A DNA stretch of 64,000 nt from Vicugna vicugna. Taxonomy: Eukaryota. A model generated the notes under the pieces. The model saw only the letters and a list, made by a program, of their open reading frames with translations, searched no databases and was not told the DNA's origin. The position numbers and the translations under genes are program-made. Location of the stretch: contig MU059781.1 in assembly GCA_013265495.1 (NCBI GenBank), positions 744,001 through 808,000 on the forward strand, in the 5' to 3' direction. Positions 1 to 12,432 of the stretch are shown piece after piece (the stretch's first letter is position 1; each line of letters begins with the position of its first letter).

Positions 1-1194
1 TCTTTGGAGGGCACTGCCTTCAGTGGGGCAGTCGTAGGTGTTATAATACACTGAATATGTGTTTTTGGTTCTTTCTCCATGGAATTAACAGCGCTCATGG
101 TCATTGTCCGTCAGCACTTAAAAGTGCTTTTCATTTCCCAAGAACTCCTGCATTAGATGAGGCCCCTAAGGTGGGCTTCAGTATGAGGCTTTTCTGGTCA
201 GGTAGCTAAGTGCATTAATTAAACTCCACGTGCTTTGTTTCAGGAGAGGGTCACAGACAGATTTATCACTTCCTTTGATTCACTTGGACCAGTTTTTTCC
301 CTCTCCTTTCTTCAAAAGCTAGAGTCCACGACATACTTTTTTTTGGAAGGCGGACACTTCAAAGAAGTACATTCCTCTGGTCGAAAATGTTCCATTTTAT
401 GCCTTTCCCTTTTACAATGTCTTTAATTCAGGCCTGTAGAGAAGCCCTTTGGAGCCTTCATTGACCCAACACTTTCTTTTTCTTTCAACATCTTTCTTGT
501 CCCTGAAGTTCTCTGGGACAAATTCCTCTCTTCCTCTGCCCTGTGTCTGTAGAAACCCTCCCTTGTACCAGCCTCCGTCTATTTGTCCCTAATTCAAGCC
601 TTCGCCTCCTCCGCACAGTGGGTCCTGGCCTTCTGCTTGGGATCTTGCATTAGAAAAAAATGCCCTTTAGAAAGCAACTCCAGAGTGTCCTGCAACCTTC
701 AGTGGCAACACAGCCAGGTCCCCTCAGCATCTGTCTCCTCTCTGTCCCCGTCGTGCCCTGAGTGTCCTGCTTCCCTCCCCCTCCTCCACTTGCTCCCTCT
801 CTTCTTTCTTCTTTTTCTTGGTTTTCCTACGTCCTTACACTCCTCTTTCCTCTCCATTTCCCTTTCCCTCCCAATTTCTTTCTTTCCTTCTGAAAGTGGG
901 GCTCTTGCAGGTTCAATAACCTTTCTACAGCCAGAAAATGCTCAGACCAGGATTTGAACACCAAACCGAGAGACCTGGAGGCTTTCTTGTTCTAATTTTG
1001 AAAGAAACTGTTGTACTAACTTTTATAAGGCTTGAATCTTTGATAAACAATTAAATATCTTAGACATTGCCAGAGAAATCATGCTACCTCCCTCATATGT
1101 CAAGGCCCCATTTCCCTCATATGTAATGTAGAAGGACTGGTCTAAGCTCAGAGGATCTTCCAGTTTGTTTGAAACCTATAAGCATCAGAATTAG

Positions 1195-1300
1195 AATGTG
1201 AGTCTCAGAATGGATATCCTTAATACAAGGATAATAATAACTACCTTCTAAGTGTGGGGTGATAATTAAATTGGACAAGGTACCTAAAGCCCAGCATGGT
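1195..1300 (+). mobile_element. MIR SINE core fragment
   Basis: ggataataataactacc...gtggggtgataattaaa...aaagcccagca resembles the MIR core and 3' part. Confidence 0.55.
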
Positions 1301-1339
1301 TTTCTTACATATAATAACGTATAATAAGAAGTAGTTACC

Positions 1340-2061
1340 CTAAAACTAGAACTACCATATGTCCCAGCAATTCCACTCCTGGCTATATAACTGAAAAAAA
1401 CAAAAACACTAATTTGAAAAGATACATGCACCCCAATGCTCACAGCACACAGCAACAGCATTANNNNNNNNNNNNNNNNNNNNNNNNNNNNNNNNNNNNN
1501 NNNNNNNNNNNNNNNNNNNNNNNNNNNNNNNNNNNNNNNNNNNNNNNNNNNNNNNNNNNNNNNNNNNNNNNNNNNNNNNNNNNNNNNNNNNNNNNNNNNN
1601 NNNNNNNNNNNNNNNNNNNNNNNNNNNNNNNNNNNNNNNNNNNNNNNNNNNNNNNNNNNNNACTTGGAAGGCATTATGCTAAGTGAAATAAGTCAGACAG
1701 GGAAAGACAAACATTGTATGATATCACTTATATGTGGAATCTAAAAAATACAACAAACTGGTGAATATAACAAAAAACAAGCAGACTCACAGATAGAGAG
1801 AACAAAGTAGTAGTTACCAGTGGGGAGAGGGATGTAGGGAAGGGCAATATAGGGGCAGGGGAGTAAAAGGTGCAAACTATTAAATGAGCTACAAGGATAT
1901 ACTGTGCAGCATGGGGAAAACAGACAATTGTTTTATAATAACTATAAATAGAGTATCAGCTGTAAAAACTGTGAATCACTATATTGTGCACCCATAACCT
2001 ACATAATATTGTATAGCAACCGTATGTCAATAAAAGAAAAAAAATTAAATTAAATTTTAAA
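1340..2061 (+). mobile_element. 5'-truncated LINE-1 3' end (ORF2 C-terminus, 3' UTR, A-rich tail), Laurasiatherian-type L1
   Basis: Translates to L1 ORF2 C-terminal motifs (ELPY.PAIPLL...; LEGIMLSEISQTGKDKHCMISLICGI*, stop 1742-1744). Has a G-rich 3' UTR, AATAAA at 2029-2034 and an A-rich tail. Degenerate TSD AAGAAGTAGTTACC (1326-1339) / AAGAGGTAGTTGCC (2062-2075). Bases 1464-1661 are masked. Confidence 0.93.
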
Positions 2062-2625
2062 AAGAGGTAGTTGCCACATACATATGGTAAAACTATTAAG
2101 GCAAAGCACTGTGCTAGGTACTCAAACCGCCAGTTCTCCATTTAGACTAGCAGAAAGAAAAGAGGACAGCCTCAGCCTCATTTATATTCTAATAATTAAT
2201 CTGTCTTAACCCCCCAAAATATTCCTGGGAGATGCCTTTCAGTGTAAGTAACTAAAGGCAAAGGGGATATTTTAGGGCTAGAATCTTCCCATGCCTCACA
2301 AATAATGCTTATAGGCAGCCACCAAAGGGACCCTGCTCATAATATCCTTTCCTGGAAAAACATCCAAGGTTGGACCACTTCCACAAATAGGACCAGGAAA
2401 ATTCCCATGGTGCTGAAGCACTTGTTTTCAGGGGGTGAGTGGGTCAACTACTGCTCCTTTTTCCCAGTGGAAAAGTTGAAGTTATCCCACGGGCCACAGG
2501 GCTAAAGGAGGGTCGACGTGGTGTGTGGGAAAGAGCTCAGGACTGGATGGGGAAACCGGCTCTGCCACCAGCCTGGTGAGGCCCTGGGAAAACCACTCCA
2601 CCTGCCTGGTTAGATGAGTCATTCA

Positions 2626-2797
2626 CAGTCTCATGCCCGAGAATCACCTGGAAAAAACCTTTTTTTTAAAAAAATACCAATGCCTGGGCCCCTTCCCAGA
2701 GTTTCTAAGCCAATTACACTGGAGTGGGGGCCCAGGCATCAGTATATTTAGAAAGCTTGCCACCGGATTCTATGATTCAACTAAAGTTGAAACCACT
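2626..2797. mobile_element. MER5A-type hAT-Charlie MITE
   Basis: gaatcacctgg...aatgcctgggcccc...ggggcccaggcatcagtat...aaagttgaaaccact follows the MER5A consensus. Confidence 0.8.
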
Positions 2798-4124
2798 TGG
2801 TCAGCCCAAACTCCGTAACATAGATGAATCTAAATCTGTTATTCTCTGAGCATCTATAGGATTGGAAACTGAACCTGAGCCAAGATCCTGGGTTGTAATG
2901 GGACATCTATCCTTTTTCATAAGCCACTTGCCAACATTTCGTCTTCAGTGGAGAACTAGCACTGATTCGTGCATCTGATAAATCAACCTTGTGCACCCAC
3001 TACGTGCAAGGTGTCTGAAGATGCCACCAGGCAGCTGATGCGTGTGGGCTGGGTTATTCAGATGAGCAGAAGTCCCTTCTTGTCCCATTCACTTCACCCT
3101 CTGGGAAGTGGTCAGAAGCTTGGAGTACTTTTTCCATCTGGAGAAGCCACTGGGGAGAAGGCCTTTGCTGCCTCAGCGGACGAGGAATTTGGCTGACCTC
3201 CCTGCCTTTGCTGATCACTGCCCAGGGACTGGGTGAGAATCAGCCCCCTTTGCACCCTCTATCCCATCTGCTTCAAGTCACCCCACAGATCCAGGAGGTG
3301 ATGGGAGCCGTAATCAGAGAACTGTGTGAAGTAAAACCAAACTAGAAATTGGCCCTCAGATATGGTGTTTACTTGAAGGTAAGGGGGGTACACGCTGACG
3401 TACTTAAAAGATTTGCATCTGAGTAAGAGGTAACATTACATTTTTCAAAGAGGTTTAACCTAAAGCTTCTGAAATCCAAATATTTATCCATAGCCCACCT
3501 CTTTCCAGAAAAGATTTGAGGCAAAGGATCAAAACTTGGCTCAACACCAAAGCAGACCTCCTTCAGGCAGAGGCCAGGCTGATGAGTCACCCGCCCATCT
3601 CTAGAAGGGCAGCCTCCTGTTTCCATCTGATAAATGCCTGCAGCCCTTTCTAGACTCTGCTTAGGTTGCTGGTTTCCCCTTCAGGGGCTCTTTCAGACAA
3701 CCAGGAGTTCCTGAGAGCCACTGAAGATTGTGGTGAGAGGGCTGCTCACATTGTTGGAACCAGAAATAGGAGTGTGTGCTGAACTAAGAAGCACAGACAC
3801 TGAATGTGGAGTCACCGAGGAGGGAAATGGCCCCAGAAAACCACCCAGTTCTTCTGCCCCAGGATAAACAGGCTCTCCTTGGCAAATCAACTCTGACTGA
3901 TGGTAAGAAATCTCAAATATCATATTCGCATTAAAACAAACACAGATGTCTTATTAAGTAAGATGCAAAAGCAACACAAATCCTTCAGACAGACAAATTC
4001 CAACACTTCAAGTGCATTTCTTGCTTGTAGGGGGTCACTTTTGGGACACCTCCAAACTCCTACACCAATTGTCAACCACTCTGCTCTGCTACTTGGATGG
4101 AGAAGTGCAGGGAGCACTGGACAA

Positions 4125-4240
4125 GTCTAGTTACCTCATTTTATGGATGAGGAATCTGAAATCCAGCGGAGTCTATGACTTGACTAAACACACATGGCTA
4201 CTTAGGGGCAACACTGAGACCAGAATGCCTGTCTTTTGTA
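4125..4240 (-). mobile_element. MIR SINE
   Basis: cctcattttatggatgaggaatctgaa...tgacttgactaaacacacatggcta is the reverse MIR core. Confidence 0.75.
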
Positions 4241-6990
4241 ACATATCCCATTGTTCTTCAGGCATCTAAGGGAAGGTCACAAAGGAAAGCTGGGGGAAAT
4301 ATACTTTTAATTATGAACTTAAGTGAGAACTTGGGAATCAGAATCAGAAATGTGTCAGTTCTGACTTGATTTGCCTGTGGTTGGCAACATGCAACTTCAA
4401 CCCTATTTTTGTGTGTTGGTCTTACGTCACTAACTGAATCAATCGCTCCCTAATTGCAAAATCCATGGCTTGTACTCTTTGGTGTCCCCAAAAGCGGTAA
4501 TGAATATTTGCTCCATGAATGAATTCTTGGCCTTGCTGATCTTCTAAGGGGAGTATAAAGAGGACTCCACAAGGAATACACTTGATCAATTCAGTAACAT
4601 AGGATTATTTCAATTCCAGTACACCTAAACCACTTTTGCCCCAGAATTATGGCTAAAAGTTATTCAGAGGCATTTATCTGGATAATGGATGAGGGAGATG
4701 GAGAAAACCTGAGACATTTTAGGAAAAGAGGACTTTTCAAAAGGCTAGACAATTTTTAGAAAAACACTCTCAAAATATTTTGTTTCATAATGTCAATTTT
4801 TATTATACTTTTTTTAATGTAGAAAAAGAAAGTGCTGTCTCCTCCCATAAGTGAATACGTGATGCCTTTTCATTGAGTTTTTCTAGCACCCCAGGAAAAT
4901 TCTTTTGAAAAAGACTAAAATAATAAAGAAAAAGCTCTGCTCTTGTGGTAAATCCTATCCAAGTTCTTGTTCCTGTGTTTTCCCACTGACGTTCTAGTCT
5001 GCAGAAATCCCTCCCCTTGCACTCAGTTTTTTTTCTCTTCCCTGTTTGGTGGATCAAGAACAAAATTGTTCATCTAGCAACTTGGTACATTCCTCTTTCA
5101 AAAGACTGAAGGAGATGGGGACTTGCTGAGTGTATCCCTTTAAAGTACAGACATGCTTCATTTTGCATTTCTGCTCTTTTAACTCAAAGTCATGGACACA
5201 GAGAGCTTGATTGGAAGCAATAGCTTTTTAAGAGTGGAGAAAAGTGCATCTCATGCTACTCTGAGCCCCTCCTGTCTCAACCTTAGATTTTGAGCCCATT
5301 GCATTCAGTGATGTGTGAGATCCCCAAATCTCTTCTCTTGGCCATATCAGCCCTGAGCTGATCACACCATCTTTTGAATCAAGAAGAAAAAACTCCCATG
5401 GATTTCTGAAACCTTGCCCTCCGGAACTCTCAACCTCCTCCATTCCCCAGCAGATGTTCTCTGACTGCAGAGGGTTCCTATTTAGCGCCTTCCTTCTGCA
5501 CGTGTGCAGAGGTCTTCCCCGTTCTCCACCTCCTGGGAACAAGCTTGATGTTCAGAAAAAAAGTAAGCCACCTTCCTGTCACGGAAATGCTTAGGAAGCT
5601 GTCTCCCCAGGGTCAGTAGACCTCAGGAACAGCTAAGGAAGCATCACTGCAGAGGAGGGCATGGCACCAGCCTGAGTGGTGTTCAAAGCCTCTGAACTGG
5701 GTCAGCCAAGGCCAGATTAAGGGGAGCTTTATGACAGTGACACCTGGCAACTAAAACACCCAGTGAGCTTGTCAGTTCATCACACTGATGCTGAACTCCA
5801 GGCAAGAGATCCATCGCTCTGCGTCTTTATGGCTGCCTTGCAAACACTGTTGACTGGGAAGGATGCCCTCTGATAACACGGAGCAGCAGATCAGCTACTA
5901 GACAGCGTGGGTGGACGCCAGGCCACTTCCACTTGGCATTGGAGTGTCCTGCTGCAGTTTTACAAAATATGTCCTTGATTCTTATAATCCCCTGTGTTTT
6001 AGACTAAATGACAATTTTGAGCTCTGAACAACTTTAGGAGAGACTAGAGTGCTGGCTACATTTCCCATCCTGTCTCCCTGCAGAATGCCCCCTCGACTGC
6101 CTTCCTGGGAAAAGGTTCAGAGTTCCAACCCAGTGCTCTGTCTTTGTCAGGTCCATGGCTCCCTAAAGTAAGGAGACTATTTGGGATCTGAGCTTAAAAG
6201 GCCCTCCTTTTCATCCCCCTCCTGACTCAAGTTAACAAGGGTTTCATTAACCTCAGCAAATGGGTTAATTAAATTTGGTTAATTAGATTTGGTTAAAATG
6301 AGTAAATTAAACTGATTTTCCCAGTAGCTCTTCCTACCATACCAGGTCTTGGAGTAAGGAGGCAATATCTCTGAATCTTCATCGAGTTAGAAAATGGGGT
6401 TTCCATGGCGGCACAGACGGGAAATGAGACACAGAAGCGGTCAGTTCTCCAAGTGGTCACTTGAGGAGTCAAAGGGCCAAAATGGCCCAACAGTCTCTGG
6501 GCCTGCATGCGTCGCTCCCAGATCAGGTCTCTGAAAATGTGTCCTTATGTGTCTTTTATTATGCCATGTAGAGTGTTGTTAATCTGAGATGAATCTGTCT
6601 ACAAACAGGGCTGCTTCCAAATGTTACCTCAGCTAACAGTTCACACAACTGCTCAGCAAGAGGCTTACTCACCACCCAACCTGCCCCACCTTTCAGAGCA
6701 GAGCTCGGCAGCTGTCGCTGTGCATGCCAAGTTGAAGCTCATGTTTTAAGCCGTGCTAATTGGAAATGAACATCTTATATAACCCATGGCCACAATCTTT
6801 GACGTGCACGTACATTCAGCAAACAAAACTCAAAAGATTCCATTCAGAGTTGTTCAAGAGGAAGGCCTGGGACGTTGGCGGCTTCTCAGTGCCCGTGCAG
6901 ATATGGGGTCCTCCCTGCCTCCTTCAATTACACTTCCTGTCCTGGTGAAGCTGTAGTCTAATAAAATGTGTAGAAATCAGGTGTAGCTAC

Positions 6991-7388
6991 NNNNNNNNNN
7001 NNNNNNNNNNNNNNNNNNNNNNNNNNNNNNNNNNNNNNNNNNNNNNNNNNNNNNNNNNNNNNNNNNNNNNNNNNNNNNNNNNNNNNNNNNNNNNNNNNNN
7101 NNNNNNNNNNNNNNNNNNNNNNNNNNNNNNNNNNNNNNNNNNNNNNNNNNNNNNNNNNNNNNNNNNNNNNNNNNNNNNNNNNNNNNNNNNNNNNNNNNNN
7201 NNNNNNNNNNNNNNNNNNNNNNNNNNNNNNNNNNNNNNNNNNNNNNNNNNNNNNNNNNNNNNNNNNNNNNNNNNNNNNNNNNNNNNNNNNNNNNNNNNNN
7301 NNNNNNNNNNNNNNNNNNNNNNNNNNNNNNNNNNNNNNNNNNNNNNNNNNNNNNNNNNNNNNNNNNNNNNNNNNNNNNNNNNNNNNNN
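6991..7388. other. Masked (N) block, 398 bp, in repeat-free context
   Basis: N-run with no TSD or poly-A at its flanks. Confidence 0.95.
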
Positions 7389-10249
7389 GAAAATGTCAAC
7401 GGGAAGAGAAAAAGAGAACTTGGCTTCCATGTGTTTTGAGGGGGCCAAAGCAGGTCTGAGTAATTGGAGCCAATTAACGTAAGTGAAAATTTCTGAAGCT
7501 GTATTCCATTTGAGTGTTTGGCATTTTCAGGAGAAGGCTGTAATTATGGTGCTTGGAAAAATAATTGGTGGTTTGGAGCCACACAGATGTACAGGACCCC
7601 TGAAAAGAAATGCAATTTCTGAGAGTGATAGGAAATGTGGTGATTCTTAGGACCCATTCCCCAAATTCCTTTTGTACTTATTTTGTCTCTTGCATCTGTT
7701 CTTTCAAAACCGCAAGAGCTTAGCACAGTTCTGCAGTGCTGTTTGGGGAGTGGGGCTGGGGAGCTGGAGCTGAATTTTCCATATTCATGCCCTCAAATAG
7801 ACCCTCAGAGGTCCCTCGTGGGAGGGAAAGAGAAACTCAAGCCCAGTACAATAACATACGCTTCTGGGGTCCCCATGCTCCTCAAATCTATTTTTAAAAG
7901 CATGCTTTAGTAAATTATATATAACATATAGCACATCATGAATGTATGTGTACAAAATGATGAAATGAAATCACTTTGGGTTGTAATGTCACTCAGTTCC
8001 TTCCTTCATCCAAGTTAACATCAGGGTGAGCCACACAGCTTTGCCTCGAGATGTGTGGGTCACTGCTGCTTGTCTCCCAAAAGGCTTTTTTATTCAGGGC
8101 CATGGCATGGACCCCTGGGCACCCTGGAGACCACCATGTTGGTCTAACAGATGCCTTGTCTGCATTCTTCAGCACTGAGAAGCCATGGGCATGTAAAACC
8201 TCCTCTGTCAATCAGTCCATTCCACTCTACCATTATCCTTGTGAAACCCTGGGTCTAATTTCTCCATGCCTAGTCCTGAGGGTGAGGAACGTGTGGAACA
8301 GTTTGAAATTGAATTTCCAAAGTCATGCTGGAGTTTGCAGCAAAGAAAAAAAAAAAACACAAAAAGGTGTTTGATGCCTGGTTTCCCGGTGCCCCATAGG
8401 AAACAGCGTGGATACCTCTTCCAGCAAATGGGTTTGTTGCATCTTCCTAAGGTTCTGGCAATTTCTCCTGGGAACCTCCCTCTTCACTGGGCTACCACCC
8501 CTATGCGAGCCTTTGGTTATTTGAGAGTGCCTATGCTGCGTGCAGTTAGAGAGTTCCTTTCATCATTTTTCCTCAGCCGGTCCACAGCAGCAACCTATGT
8601 CCACTGTCCTCTGTGGCTCACCCAAGCCATGGGAAGAGAAATTAGGGAGTAAAATGGGACTTCCATATTTGGACATTTGTAGGGAATTGACTGAGGAGGC
8701 TGCAAGAAGCCGAAGTCTACAAGGACAATTTGGGGAGCTGCAAAGTCTCTATAGCCCCTCAAAACCTAGAAACACCCAAAGCAGAGTCCAAACTGAAAAA
8801 TCAGCCTGAGCTGAGAGAAATGTTGGGGAGAAAGAGGAACCTCTGTCTTCCCTTCTTGCACAAGTTGCTTCAAAGAAGATGCAGAAAGGACTAGAAAGTA
8901 GAGAGAGAATCTACCAGATGGAAGATGGGGCTGTGGATGGAGAGCAGGTTATAGAGTGATGGCACCACTCCAGGTACAGCTTCCTCAACGGGGCAGCCAG
9001 AAACTACACAGGTTTTGCTTCACTGGCCACAAGGCATGGAAATAAACCAGACACACCAAGCAGGCAGTGTTTCTGAGCTCAACAAGGCGATCGACATTGG
9101 TTTGCTAGTCTCTACACAACAAGATACCATAAGGCAAGACCATGGAGAAAAAGAAAACTTACGCATTTTGAAATCAAATGAAATACTCTGAGCTAAGTTC
9201 CAGCATATATTCCTAAATTCTTCTTTTTTTGAGGGGGGGAGCTAGATTTCATTAGCTAAAATCTTTTCAAGCATCGTTCTTAGTTAGCTTTTGAAAATGA
9301 AGAATTTGCCTTTTAACGACAAATCTGCATTTCATCATCAAGATGGAACATGATTCTCCTGAGATGAAGCCCTTGTTTGTACAGTGTGTTTAGAATAGAG
9401 ACAAACACTACAGCAAATTTATTTTGGGCACAAGAGAGTGGCTGCATACAAACATATGAAACTGGAGCCATGAACAATGTAGCTTCTATTCCAAGTGGTC
9501 CAATTCCCATTTAACAAAATTGTTGAAGGACTATCATTATTCTGTTGTTTCCAATCGCAACTTCAAAGATAGGACAGGTCACAAATATAAGAAATCTTTT
9601 AGAATGACTGAAAAAATATTATCAACATTTGGAGAATGTAGGCCCAGTAGGTCAGAAGCATTGTTTAGGAGAAGTTACGTCAAAAGCAAGTTTAAATAAT
9701 GGACAATGGGAAATGATTGGGTATTATATGCTACTATCATGTTTCAAAATATGGTGCCTTTAAACTGTATAATAAAACATTATTTATAGCTTAATTTCAT
9801 AGTGCCTTTTTCAGACTGCAAATGAAAGAAGTTCCGCTACCATAAAGAATAACTAAAGTGGGCTGAAGTGGTTGAGGTTGAGACTGATTGAGGGGCATCT
9901 CAGGCATATGTGTGGTCATTGCATAATTATAATCAGCTCCATTCAGAACAACTCGTCCTGAGGCCATTGTTGTCACACAAGGCACTGAATTAGTACCTAT
10001 GAAGGAAAACTTTGGGAACATGGCCTTCTGCAAAGTGTTCCTTCCACCAGCACCAAGATGTGATGAGGAGAGAAATAAAACAATTATTGGTGATGGGAGC
10101 TGGACACTGTCACATGAAATATCCAGATAATAAAGGCAGGTATCAGTGGCGAGACTGGCCCCTCTCCTGGCACCGGTGAGCTTGTATTCACCACCCCTCT
10201 TGTGCTGAAGACAGGCTTCGGCACCAGGGCTGTGAATGGTGGTGCATAT

Positions 10250-10480
10250 GCTCTCCATACTCTTTGCTCCCTTTTGTTTTCTGTCCTTACCTTGGAGGCC
10301 ACGTGGTGGAGATGGAGCCGACAAAAGATGGAAAGAGACTGGATCCCTGGATGACTACACAGTGCAGAGCCTCACTCTGCCCACCGCACTCCCAAATCAT
10401 GTAAGATCTGTGATGGGGAGAACAAGAGACCTTAATTATGTGAAGGTGATAGAATTGTAGGGTTCATTTTAACAGCATCA
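10250..10480 (+). mobile_element. MaLR LTR fragment (MLT1G/H-like)
   Basis: ggaggccacgtggtggagatggagcc...aagatggaaagagactggatccctggatgac...cagagc matches the MLT1 LTR middle and 3' portion. Confidence 0.6.
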
Positions 10481-10748
10481 CTTCTCTAAATACAGTTCTC
10501 ACTCTGAATCAATAAGATAATTAATTCAAATAGCCTCTTTGCCTAAAACTGTGGCCAGAGCCTGAGCAATGTTGATCAAGTGCTATTCAATGTACACCCC
10601 AGCCAACCATGGCACCCACTTCCTCAATTATCACCCAGTCTGCCTCTCGTATTCTGTAGGCAGAGTAACATTTCATGAGCAACCTGGGCACAAGACAATC
10701 CAGATAACTATGTCAAAGTAAGGCTTTGATTTCTCTCCAAATAAACTG

Positions 10749-10825
10749 GTGTGTGTGTGTGTGTGTGTGTGCACATGCGCATGCACGTGCACACACGCAG
10801 ACACATGCAGGTGTGCACATGTATA
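10749..10825. repeat. (TG)n microsatellite grading into a mixed alternating purine-pyrimidine tract
   Basis: (TG) run 10749-10771, followed by gcacatgcgcatgcacgtgcacacac. Confidence 0.95.
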
Positions 10826-12276
10826 TGAATTTGTGGTTTTAGTGACAATTCAAAGAGTCTTTGCTTTGGGACAAGGTTCATACATCCATTTGAGGCAGGA
10901 CTTGCCAAAGCAACCAGTTAGAAAGTTCTAAGGGATTCTCTGAAAAATCTTTCCCTGAATTTAAACTTACGACTTAACTAAAACATCGGTACGCAAACTC
11001 AGAGGATATCAAGGTGCAATTCTTATTCTTCTGAGAGGGAATCATATGAAAATTATTCTTGTAGACAGTCAAGGTCAGAGATGGCAGTCGTCCACAGCAA
11101 GAATTGAGGACTTGATCCTCAGTATTGTAGACAACACCTACTACTGCATTACTACCTCCTGAACTAAAACTGGAATAAGTTTGCATTTAAACCATTCCAA
11201 ATGCCACATATATTCAATCCTGTGCCTGGGCCAGGCAGCTCCCAAGGCAGATGGTGTGCAGTGTTTGAAACCTCGGTATTATTTAAATGAAACAAGCATG
11301 CCATTGCTCTTGATCACACTGAACAATGAAGATTTCACACCCAGCGATCCCATCAGTGGAGCTCCCTCTGTCTCTATTTGCAGCATTGGACAGATAAATA
11401 AATAGTCTTTAGATCGAGTTTTCCGCCTGGTGTTGCTTGGAGAGACAGAGACTCTAACGATCAAGTTGGTGTAGAGCTGGGTCATTATCACCTTCCTCTG
11501 AGACCTGCCGTTCCAGGGAGAAGTGTGCAATACGTTGCAATATGACTTTAAGAAAGTATTAATGTGCCTAAGATGACTTGGAATTGCCAGCCTTCTGGGT
11601 TGTTGTGGGGGACATTGGAAGGAACCAACAAACATTCCAGGAGATTACAGATATCACAGGGGAAATCGTTAGTGAGCACTGAGCATACAGACTGACTTTA
11701 GACACCTGCAAAAATCAGAATCATTGCAAAAGAAGGGAAAGGGAAAGATAAAAGACAGCCAGGATGCTCTACCCCATTCAGAATAATAGTGCCCTCCACT
11801 TCCAATGCCTCTCTACCACTTCCCAGGCTTTCTCACTGACTGGGTGTCTCAGTTGCCTCTGGTTTGTATGGGGTTGTTTTCTTTGCTGAAGAACCTCAGG
11901 GATGAGCTGCAAGTGCCTGGGTCCCTGTGCTTAAGAAGAAGCAGGCTGAGAGGTAAAGAGCACGACAGAGGGGGCAGCTCTGAAACCATCCCCATGTCTG
12001 AGGACCACAGATCCTGACCTTAATTCCTCCCTTGACGGTCCGTCCCCTCCCCCTTGGCACTTGGGATTAACACTCCCATACTTCTGCTAATTCTTGGGAG
12101 GAAAGCGTTTATCAGGACAAAACAGGCACCCCTCTTCTCCAAGGCTTCCACGTGGTCACCACATGAGCTTGCACTCTTCTCTGAAGACAACGATTTCAGG
12201 GTAGCACAGGCAGAAGTGACGGGAACCTACAAGACCCAGGCTGTGACAGCCGGGAAGCTAATGTGTGTTACTGTGG

Positions 12277-12432
12277 NNNNNNNNNNNNNNNNNNNNNNNN
12301 NNNNNNNNNNNNNNNNNNNNNNNNNNNNNNNNNNNNNNNNNNNNNNNNNNNNNNNNNNNNNNNNNNNNNNNNNNNNNNNNNNNNNNNNNNNNNNNNNNNN
12401 NNNNNNNNNNNNNNNNNNNNNNNNNNNNNNNN
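12277..12432. other. Masked (N) block, 156 bp
   Basis: N-run with unique-looking flanks. Confidence 0.95.
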
